DNA of 64,000 nt from Azolla caroliniana (lineage: Eukaryota; Plantae; Polypodiophyta). The notes beneath the pieces were generated by a model that was not told where the DNA came from, did not search any database, and saw only the letters and a program-made list of their open reading frames with translations. The translations under genes were made by a program, and so were the position numbers. This document shows, piece after piece, positions 1-12,000 of this stretch (positions within the stretch are counted from its first letter, which is position 1; every line of letters starts with the position of its first letter). Location of the stretch: the NCBI GenBank assembly GCA_043228905.1, contig JBHGNT010000017.1, positions 19,024,694 through 19,088,693 of the forward strand, read 5' to 3'.

Positions 1-3000
1 TTGAGAAGAGGGCGTGAGTAAATTCAAATGTTCATACCTGGCTCATGTGATATCGGATTTTAGTGTTCAAACATGCGAATCGAAGCTAACATCACTAGCT
101 ATGATATGGATTTAAAAAATCAAGATTTTCAAACTCAAGTCGAGAGACATGAAGAAATTAGCAAAATTGAGGAGGGAGTTGAGAAGAGAGCGTGAGTAAA
201 TTCAAATGTTCACACCTGGCTCGTGTTATATCGGATTTTGGTGTTCAAACATGTGAATCGAAGCTAACAACACTAGCCATGATATGGATTTAGAAAATCA
301 AGATTTTGAATCTTAGGTCGAGAGACATGAAGAAATTAGCAAATTTGAGGATGGAGTTGAGAAGATCGCGTGAGTAAATTGAAATGTTAATACTTGTCTC
401 GTGTGATATCGGATTTTCGTGTTCAAACATGCGAATCGAAGCTAACAACACTAGCTTTTTTATGGAATTAAAAAATCGAAAATTTGAAACTCAGGTCGAG
501 AGACATGAAGAAATTAGCAAATTTGAGGAGGGAGTTGAGAAGAGCTTGTTTGGAAATAAAAATGTTCAGACCTGGATCGTGTGATATCGAATTTTTGTGT
601 TCAAAAATGCGAATCGAAGCTAACAACACTAGCTTTTTTATGGAATTAAAAAATCGAGAATTTGAAACTCAGGTCGAGAGACATGAAGGAATTAGCAAAT
701 TAGAGGAGGGAGTGGAGAAGAGCCTGTTAGGAAATCAAAATGTTCATACCTGGATCGTGTGATATCGGATTTTAGTGTTCAAACATGCAAATCGAAGCTA
801 ACAACACTAGCTATGATATGGAATTAAAAATTCAAGATTTTGAAACTTGGGTCAAGAGACACGAAGAAATTAGCAAATTTGACGAGGGAGTTGAGAAGAG
901 CGCGTGAGTAAATTCAAATGTTAATACCTGTCTCGTGTGATATCGGATTTTTGTGTTCAAACATGCGAATCGACTCTAACAACACTATTATATGGAATTA
1001 AAAAATCAAGAATTTGAAACTCAGGTCGACAGACATGAAGAAATTAACAAATTTGAGGAGGGAGTTGAGAAGAGAGCGTGAGTAAATTCAAATGTTCACA
1101 CTTGGATCAGGTTATATCAGATTTTAGTGTTCAAACATGTGAATCGAAGCAAACAACACTAGCCATGATATGGGTTTAGAAAATCAAGATTTTGAATCTC
1201 AGGTCGAGAGACATGAAGACATTAGCAACTTTGAGGAGGTAGTTGAGAAGAGAGCGTCACTAAATTGAAATGTTCACACCTGGCTCGTGTTATATCGGAT
1301 TTTAGTGTTCAAACATGCGAATCGAACTTAACAACACTAGCTATGATATGGATTTAAAAAATCAAGATTTTGAAACTTAGGTCGAGAGACATGAACAAAT
1401 TAGCAAATTTGAGGGGGGAGTTGAGATGAGCGCGTGAGTAAATTAAAATGTTAATAACACTAGCTATGATATGAAATTAAAAAATCAAGAATTTGAAACT
1501 CAGGTCGAGAGACATGAAGAAATCAACAAATTTGAGGAGGGAGTGGAGAAGAGCCTGTTAGGAAATAAAAATGTTTATACCTGGATCGTGTGATATCGGA
1601 TTTTAGTGTTCAAACATGCAAATCGAAGCTAACAACACTAGCTATGACATGGAATTAAAAATTCAAGATTTTGAAACTTAGGTCGAGAGACACGAAGAGA
1701 TTAGCAAATTTGAGGAGGGAGTTGAGAAGAGGGCGTGAGTAAATTCAAACATGCGAATCGGATTTTAGTGTTCAAACATGCGAATCGAAGCTAACAACAC
1801 TAGCTATAATATGAAATTAAAAACTCAGGATTTTGAAACTCAGGTCGAGACACATGAAGAAATTAGCAAATTAGAGGATGGAGTAGAGAAGAGCCTGTTT
1901 GGAAATGCAAATGTTCATACCTGGATCGTGTGATATTGGATTTTTGTGTTCAAACATGCAAATCGAAGCTAACAACACTAGCTATGATATGGAAATAAAA
2001 ATTCAAGATTTTGAAACTTAGGTCGAGAGACAGGAAGAAATTAGCAAATTTGAGGGGGGAGTTTAGAAGAGCGCGTGAGTAAATTCAAATGTTAATACCT
2101 GTCTCGTGTGATATCGGATTTTTGTGTTCAAACATGCAAATCGAGGCTAACAATACTAGCTATTATTTGGAATTGAAAAATCAAGAATTTGAAACTCAGG
2201 TCGAGAGACATGAAGAAATTAGCAAATTTGAGGAGGGAGTTGAGAGGAGGGTGTGAGTAAATTCAAATGTTCATACCTCGCTCGTGTGATATTAGATTTT
2301 AGTGTTCAAACATGCGAATCGAAGCAAACTACACTAGCTATGATATGAAATTAAAAAATCAATAATTTGAAACTCAGGTAGAGAGACATGAAGAAATTAG
2401 CAAATTAGAGGAGGGAGTGGAGAAGAGCCTGTTCGGAAATGAAAATGTTCATACATAGCTCATGTGATATCGGATTTTAGTGTTCGAACATGCGAATCGA
2501 AACTAACAACACTAACTATGATATGAAATTAAAAAATCAAGAATTTGTATCTCAGGTCGAGAGACATGAACAAATTAGCAAATTAAAGGAGGGAGTTGAG
2601 AAGAGGGCTTGAGTACATTCAAATGTTCATACCTGGCTCGTGTAATATCGGATTTTAGTGTTCAAACATGCAAATGGAAGCTAACAACACTAGCTATGAT
2701 ATGGATTTTAAAAATCAAGATTTTGAAACTCAGGTCGAGAGACCTGAAGAAATTAGCAAATTTGAGGAGGGAGTGTAGAAGAGCTCGTGAGTAAATTGAA
2801 ATGTTCATACGTGGCTCATGTGACCCCGGATTGTCGTGTTCAAAGATGCGAATCGAAGCTCACAACACTAGCTATGATATGGAATTAAAAAATCTAGAAT
2901 TTGAAACTCAGGTCGAGAGACATGAAGAAATTAGCAAATTTGAGGAGGTAGTGGAGAAGAGTTCTTTGAGAAATGAAAATGTTGATACCTGGCTCATGTG

Positions 3001-6000
3001 ATATCAGATTTTAGTGTTCAAACATTCGAATCGAAGCTAACAACACTAACTATGATATGGATTTAAAAAATCAAGATTTTGAGACTCAGGTCGAGAGACA
3101 TGAAGAAATCAGCAAATTTGAGGAGGGAGTGTAGAAGAGCTCGTGAGTAAATTGAAATGTTCATACGTGGCTCATGTGACCCCGGATTGTTGTGTTCAAA
3201 GATGCGAATCGAAGCTCACAACACTAGCTATGATATGGAATTAGAAAATCAAGAATTTGAAACTCAGGTCGAGAGACATGAAGAAATTAGCAAATTTGAG
3301 GAGGTAGTTGAGAAGAGCTCGTGAGTAAATTGAAATGTTCATACCTAGTTCATGTGATCCCGGATTGTTGTGTTCAAAGATGTGAATCGAAGCTCACAAC
3401 ACTAGCTATGATATGGAATTAGAAAATCAAGAATCTGAAACTCAGGTCGAGAGACATGAAGAAATTAGCAAATTAGAGGAGGGAGTGGAGAAGAGCTTGT
3501 TTGGAAATGAGAATGTTCATACATAGCTCATGTGATATCGGATTTTAGTGTTCAAACATGGGAATCGAAGCTAACAACACGAGCTATGATATGTAATTAA
3601 AAAATCAAGAATTTGTAACTCAGGTCGAGAAGCATGAAGAAATTAGCAGATTTGAGGAGGGAGTTGAGAAGAGGGCGTGAGTAAATTCAAATGTTCATAC
3701 CTGGCTCGTGTGATATCAGATTTTAGTGTTCAAACATGCGAATCGAAGCTAACAACACTAGCTATGATATGGATTTTAAAAATCAAGATTTTTAAACTCA
3801 GGTCGAGAGACATGATGAATTTAGCAAATTTGAGGAGGGAGTTGAGAAGAGCTCGTTACTAAAGTGGAATGTTCATACCTAGCTCGTGTGATCCAGGATT
3901 GTCGTGTTGAAAGATGTGAATCGATGCTCACAACACTACCTATGATATGGAATTAAAAAATCAAGAATTTGAAACTCAGGTCGAGAGACATGAAGAAATT
4001 AGCAAATTTGAGAAGGTAGTGGAAAAGAGCTCGTTAAAAAATGAAAATGTTGATACCTGTCTAATGTGATATCGGATTTTAGTGTTCAAACATGCGAATT
4101 GAAGCTAACAAAACTAGCTATTATATGAAACTAAAAAATCAAGAATTTGAAACTCAAGTCGAGAGACATGAAGAAATTAGCAAATTTGAGGAGGGAGTTG
4201 AGAAGAGCTCGTGAGTAAATTGAAATGTTCAGACGTGGCTCATGTGACCCCGGATTGTTGTGTTCAAAGATGCGAATCGAAGCTCACAACACTATCTATG
4301 ATATGGAATTAAAAAATCAAGAATTTGAAACTCAGGTCGAGAGACATGTAGAAATTAGCAAATTTGAGAAGGTAGTGGAGAAGAGCTCTTTAAAAAATGA
4401 AAAATGTTGATACCTGGCTCATGTGATATCGCATTTTAGTGTTCAACCATGCGAATTGAAGCTAACAACACTAGCTATTATATGAAACTAAAAAATCAAG
4501 AATTTGAAACTCAAGTCGAGAGACATGAAGAAATTAGCAAATTTTAGGAGGTAGCAAAGCAGAGTTCGTTAAGAAACGAAAATGTTTATACCTGGCTCAT
4601 GTGATATCAGATTTTTGTGTTCAAACATGCGAATCGAAGCAAACTACACTAGCTATGATATGAAATTAAAAAATCAAGAATTTGAAACTCAGGTCGAGAG
4701 ACATGAAGAAATTAGCAAATTAGAGGAGGGAGTGGAGAAGAGCCTGTTCGGAAATGAAAATGTTCATACATAGCTCATGTGATATCGGATTTTAGTGTTC
4801 AAAGATGCGAATCGAAGTTAACAACACTAGCTATTATATAGAATTAAAAAATCGAGAATTTGAAACTCAGGTCGAGAGACATGAAGAAATTAGCAAATTT
4901 GAGGAGGGAGTTGAGAAGAGCTCGGGCGTAAATTGAAATATTCATACCTGGCTCGTGTGATATCGGATTTTAGTGTTCAAACATGCGTATCGAAGCTAAC
5001 ATAACTAGGTATGATATGGATTTAAAAAAGCAACATTTTAAAACTCAGGTCGAGAGACATGAAGAAATTAGCAAATTAGAGGAGGGAGTGGAGAAGAGCT
5101 TGTTTGGAAATAAAAATGTTCAGACCTGGATCGTGTGATATCGGATTTTCGTGTTCAAACATGCGAATCGAAGTTAACAACACTAGCTATTATATAGAAT
5201 TAAAAAATCGAGAATTTGAAACTCAGGTCGAAAGACATGAAGAAATTAGCAAATTTGAGGAGGGAGTTAAGAAGAGCGCGTGAGTAAATTGAAATGTTAA
5301 TACCGGTCTCGTGTGATATCGGATTTTTGAGTTCAAATAGGCAAAGCGAAGCTAACAACACTAGCTATTCTATGGAATTAAAAAATTGACAATTTGAAAC
5401 TAAGGTGGAGAGACATGAAGAAATTAGCAAATTTGAGGAGGGAGTTGAGAAGAGGGTGTGAGTAAATTCAAATGTTCATACCTGGCTCGTGTAATATCGG
5501 ATTTTAGTGTTCAAACATGCGAATCGAAGCTAACAACACTAGCTATGATATGGATTTAAAAATTCAAGATTTTGAAACTTAGGTCGAGAGACACGAAGAG
5601 ATTAGCAAATTTGAGGAGGGAGTTGAGAAGAGCGCGTGAGTAAATTCAAATGTTAATACCTGTCTCGTGTGATATCGGATTTTTGTGTTCAAACATGCGA
5701 ATCGAGGCTAATAAATCTAGCTATTATATGGAATTAAAAAATCAAGAATTTCAAACTCAGGTCGAGAGACATGAAGAAATTAGCAAATTTGAGGAGGGAG
5801 TTGAGAAGAGCTCGTGACTAAAGTGGAATGTTCATACCTGGCTCGTGTCATATCAGATTTTAGTGTTCAAATATGCGAATCGAAGCTAACAACACTAGCT
5901 ATGATATCAAATTAAAAAATCAAGAATTTCAAACTGAGGTCGAGAGATACGAAAAAATTAGCAAATTTGAGGAAGGGGTTGAGAAGAGGGTGTCAGTAAA

Positions 6001-9000
6001 TTCAAATGTTCATACCTGGCTCGTGTGATATCAGATTTTAGTGTTCAAACATTCGAATCGAAGCTAACAACACTAGCTATGATATGAAATTAAAAAATCA
6101 AGAATTTGAAACTCAGGTCGAGAGACATGAAGAAATCAACAAATTTGAGGAGGGAGTGGAGAAGAGCCTGTTAGGAAATAAAAATGTTTATACCTGGATC
6201 GTGTGATATCGGATTTTAGTGTTCAAACATGCAAATCGAAGCTAACAACACTAGCTATGACATGGATTTAAAAATTCAAGATTTTGAAACCTAGGTCGAG
6301 AGACACGAAGAGATTAGCAAATTTGAGGAGGGAGTTGAGAAGAGCGCGTGAGTAAATTCAAATGTTAATACCTGTCTCGTGTGATATCGGATTTTTGTGT
6401 TCAAACATGCGAATCGAGGCTAATAAATCTAGCTATTATATGGAATTAAAAAATCAAGAATTTCAAACTCAGGTCGAGAGACATGAAGAAATTAGCAAAT
6501 TTGAGGAGGGAGTTGAGAAGAGGGCGTGAGTAAATTCAAATGTTCATACCTGGCTCGTGTCATATCAGATTTTAGTGTTCAAACATGCGAATCGAAGCTA
6601 ACAACACTAGCTATGATATCAAATTAAAAAATCAAGAATTTCAAACTGAGGTCGAGAGATACGAAAAAATTAGCAAATTTGAGGAGGGAGTTGAGAAGAG
6701 GGTGTCAGTAAATTCAAATGTTCATACCTGGCTCGTGTGATATCAGATTTTAGTGTTCAAACATTCGAATCGAAGCTAACAACACTAGCTATGATATGAA
6801 ATTAAAAAATTAAGAATTTGAAACTCAGGTCGAGGGACATGAAGAAATTAGAAAATTAGAGGAGGGAGTGGAGAAGAGGCTGTTTGGAAATGAGAATGTT
6901 CATACATAGCTCATGTGATATCGGATTTTAGTGTTCAAACATGGGAATCGAAGCTAACAACACTAGCTATGATATGTAATTAAAAAATCAAGAATTTGTA
7001 ACTCAGGTCGAGAAGCATGAAGAAATTAGCAAATTGGAGGAGGGAGTTGAGAAGAGGGCGTGAGTAAATTCAAATGTTCATCGTGTAATATCGGATTTTA
7101 GTGTTCAAACATGCGAATCGAAGCTAACAACACTAGCTATGATATGGATTTAAAAATTCAAGATTTTGAAACTTAGGTCGAGAGACACGAAGAGATTAGC
7201 AAATTTGAGGAGGGAGTTGAGAAGAGCGCGTGAGTAAATTCAAATGTTAATACCTGTCTCGTGTGATATCGGATTTTAGTGTTCAAACATGCGAATCGAG
7301 GCTAATAAATCTAGCTATTATATGGAATTAAAAAATCAAGAATTTCAAACTCAACATGCGAATCAAAGCTAACAACACTAGCTATGATATGGATTTAAAA
7401 ATTCAAGATTTTGAAACTTAGGTCGAGAGACACGAAGAGATTAGCAAATTTGAGGAGGGAGTTGAGAAGAGCGCGTGAGTAAATTCAAATGTTAATACCT
7501 GTCTCCTGTGATATCGGATTTTTGTGTTCAAACATGCGAATCGAGGCTAATAAATCTAGCTATTATATGGAATTAAAAAATCAAGAATTTCAAACTCAGG
7601 TCGAGAGACATGAAGAAATTAGCAAATTTGAGGAGGGAGTTGAGAAGAGGGCGTGAGTAAATTCAAATGTTCATACCTGGCTCGTGTCATATCAGATTTT
7701 AGTGTTCAAACATGCGAATCGAAGCTAACAACACTAGCTATGATATCAAATTAAAAAATCAAGAATTTCAAACTGAGGTCGAGAGATACGAAAAAATTAG
7801 CAAATTTGAGGAGGGAGTTGAGAAGAGGGTGTCAGTAAATTCAAATGTTCATACCTGGCTCGTGTGATATCAGATTTTAGTGTTCAAACATTCGAATCGA
7901 AGCTAACAACACTAGCTATGATATGAAATTAAAAAATCAAGAATTTGAAACTCAGGTCGAGAGACATGAACAAATCAACAAATTTGAGGAGGGAGTGGAG
8001 AAGAGCCTGTTAGGAAATAAAAATGTTTATACCTGGATCGTGTGATATCGGATTTTAGTGTTCAAACATGCAAATCGAAGCTAACAACACTAGCTATGAC
8101 ATGGAATTAAAAATTCAAGATTTTGAAACTTAGGTCGAGAGACACGAAGAGATTAGCAAATTTGAGGAGGGAGTTGAGAAGAGCGCGTGAGTAAATTCAA
8201 ATGTTAATACCTGTCTCGTGTGATATCGGATTTCTGTGTTCAAACATGCGAATCGAGGCTAATAAATCTAGCTATTATATGGAATTAAAAAATCAAGAAT
8301 TTCAAACTCAGGTCGAGAGACATGAAGAAATTAGCAAATTTGAGGAGGGAGTTGAGAAGAGGGCGTGAGTAAATTCAAATGTTCATACCTGGCTCGTGTC
8401 ATATCAGATTTTAGTGTTCAAACATGCGAATCGAAGCTAACAACACTAGCTATGATATCAAATCAAAAAATCAAGAATTTCAAACTGAGCTCGAGAGATA
8501 CGAAAAAATTAGCAAATTTGAGGAGGGAGTTGAGAAGAGGGTGTCAGTAAATTCAAATGTTCATACCTGGCTCGTGTGATATCAGATTTTAGTGTTCAAA
8601 CATTCGAATCGAAGCTAACAACACTAGCTATGATATGAAATTAAAAAATCAAGAATTTGAAACTCAGGTCGAGGGACATGAAGAAATTAGAAAATTAGAG
8701 GAGGGAGTGGAGAAGAGGCTGTTTGGAAATGAGAATGTTCATACATAGCTCATGTGATATCGGATTTTAGTGTTCAAACATGGGAATCGAAGCTAACAAC
8801 ACTAGCTATGATATGTAATTAGAAAATCAAGAATTTGTAACTCAGGTCGAGAAGCATGAAGAAATTAGCAAATAGGAGGAGGGAGTTGAGAAGAGGGCGT
8901 GAGTAAATTCAAATGTTCATACCTGGCTCGTGTGATATCAGATTTTAGTGTTCAAACATGCGAATCGAAGCTAACAACGCTAGCTATGATATGTATTTTA

Positions 9001-12000
9001 AAAATCAAGATTTTTAAACTCAGGTCGAGAGACATGATGAATTTAGCAAATTTGAGGAGGGAGTTGAGAAGAGCTCGTGACTAAAGTGGAATGTTCATAC
9101 CTGGCTCGTGTGATCCCGGATTGTCGTGTTCAAAGATGCGAATCGATGCTCACAACACTAGCTATGATATGGAATTAAAAAATCTAGAATTTGAAGAAAT
9201 TAGCAAATTTGAGGAGGTAGCGGAGAAGAGTTCGTTAAGAAATGAAAATGTTCATACCTGGCTCGTGTGATATCGGATTTTAGTGTTGCAACATGCGAAT
9301 CGAAGCTAACAACACTAGCTATGATATGGATTTTAAAAATCTAGATTTTTAAACTCAGGTCGAGAGACATGAAGAAATTAGCAAATTATTGAGGGAGTGG
9401 AGAAGAGCATGTTTGGAAATGAAAATGTTCATACCTGGATCGTGTGATATCGAATTTTTGTGTTCAAACATGCGAATTGAAGCTAACAACACTAGCTATG
9501 ATATGGAATTAAAAAATCATGATTTTGAAACTCAGGTCCAGAGACATGAAGAAATTAGCAAATTTGAGGAGGGGGTTGAGAAGAGGGCGTGAGTAAATTG
9601 AAATGTTCATACCTGGCTCGTGTGATTCTGGATTTTAGTGTTCAAAGATGCGAATCGAAGATCACAAACCTAGCTATGATATACAATTAAAAAATCTAGA
9701 ATTTGAAACTCAGGTCGAGAGACATGAAGAAATTAGCAAATTTGAGGAGGTAGTGGAGAAGAGTTCGTTAAGAAATGAAAATGTTCATACCTGGCTCATG
9801 TGATATCAGATTTTAGTGTTCAAACATGCGAATCGAAGCTAACAACACTAACTATGCTATGGATTTAAAAAATCAAGATTTCGAAACTCAGGTCCTGAGA
9901 CATGAAGAAATTAGCAAATTTGAGGAGGGAGTTGAGAAGAGCTCGTGAGTAAATTGAAATGTTCATACTTGGCTCATGTGATCCCGGATTGTTGTGTTCA
10001 GAAATGCGAATCGAAGCTCACAACACTAGCTATGATATGAAATTAAAAAATCAAGAATATGAAACTAAGGTCGAGAGACATGAAGAAATTAGCAAATTAG
10101 AGGAGGGAGTGGAGAAGAGCCTGTTTGGAAATGAAAATGTTCAGACCAGGATCCTGTGATATCGGATTTTAGTGTTCAATCATGCAAATCGAAGCTAAGA
10201 ACACTAGCTATTATATAGAATTAGAGAATCGAGAATTTGAAACTCAGTTCCAGAGACATGAAGAAATTAGCAAATTTGAGGAGGTAGTTGAGAAGAGGGC
10301 GTGAGTAAATTCAAATGTTCATACCTGGCTCGTGTAATATCGGATTTTAGTGTTCAAACATGCGAATCGAAGCTAATATCACTAGCTATGATATGGATTT
10401 AAAAAATCAAGAGTTTGAAACTCAGGTCGAGAGACATGATGAAATTAGCAAAATTGAGGAGGGAGTTGAGAAGAGCTCGGGCGTAAATTGAAATATTCAT
10501 ACCTGGCTCGTGTGATCCCGGATTGTTGTGTTCAAAGATGCGAATCGAAGCTCACAACACTAGCTATGATATGGAATTAAAAAATCAAGAATTTGAAACT
10601 CAGGTCGAGAGACATGAAGAAATTAGCAAATTTGAGGAGGTAGTGGAGAAGAGCTCGTTAAGAAATGAAAATGTTGATACCTGGGTCATGTGATATCGGA
10701 TTTTAGTGTTCAAACATGCGAATCGAAGCTAACAAGACTAGCTATGATATGAAATTAAAAAATGAAGAGTTTGAAACTCAGGTCGAGAGACATGAAGAAA
10801 TTAGCAAATTAGAGGAGGGAGTGGAGAAGAGCCTGTTTGGAAATGAAAATGTTCAGACCTGGATCGTGTGATATCGGATTTTCGTGTTCAAACATGCGAA
10901 TCGAAGCTAACAACACTAGCTTTTATATAGAATTAAAAAATCGAGAATTTGAAACTCAGGTCGAGAGACATGAAGAAATTAGCAAATTTGAGGAGGGAGT
11001 TGAGAAGAGGGCGTGAGTAAATTCAAATGTTCATACCTGGCTCGTGTGATATCGGATTTTAGTGTTCAAACATGCGTATCGAAGCTAACATAACTAGGTA
11101 TGATATGGATTTAAAAAAGCAACATTTTGAAACTCAGGTCGAGAGACGTGAAGAAATTAGCAAATTAGAGGAGGGAGTGGAGAAGAGCTTGTTTGGAAAT
11201 AAAAATGTTCAGACCTGGATCGTGTGATATCGGATTTTTGTGTTCAAACATGCGAATCGAAGTTAACAACACTAGCTATTATATAGAATTAAAAAATCGA
11301 GAATTTGAAACTCAGGTCGAAAGACATGAAGAAATTAGCAAATTTGAGGAGGGAGTTAAGAAGAGCGCGTGAGTAAATTGAAATGTTAATACCCGTCTCG
11401 TGTGATATCGGATTTTTGAGTTCAAATAGGCAAATCGAAGCTAACAACACTAGCTATTCTATGGAATTAAAAAATTGACAATTTGAAACTAAGGTGGAGA
11501 CACATGAAGAAATTAGCAAATTTGAGGAGGGAGTTGAGAAGAGGGTGTGAATAAATTCAAATGTTCATACCTGGCTCGTGTAATATCGGATTTTAGTGTT
11601 CAAACATGCGAATCGAAGCTAACAACACTAGCTATGATATGGATTTAAAAATTCAAGATTTTGAAACTTAGGTCGAGAGACACGAATAGATTAGCAAATT
11701 TGAGGAGGGAGTTGAGAAGAGCGCGTGAGTAAATTCAAATGTTAATACCTGTCTCCTGTCATATCGGATTTTTGTGTTCAAACATGCGAATCGAGGCTAA
11801 TAAATCTAGCTATTATATGGAATTAAAAAATCAAGAATTTCAAACTCAGGTCGAGAGACATGAAGAAATTAGCAAATTTGAGGAGGGAGTTGAGAAGAGG
11901 GCGTGAGTAAATTCAAATGTTCATACCTGGCTCGTGTGATATCAGATTTTAGTGTTCAAACATGCGAATCGAAGCTAACAACACTAGCTATGATATCAAA

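Noticed and set aside
1-178. Identity with Arabidopsis CEN178 or primate alpha satellite
   Set aside because: Only the length is similar; the sequence does not match those consensuses as I recall them.
169-190. G-quadruplex or triplex in the purine tract gaggagggagttgagaagag
   Set aside because: Lacks four GGG runs, and the short purine run is interrupted by TT.
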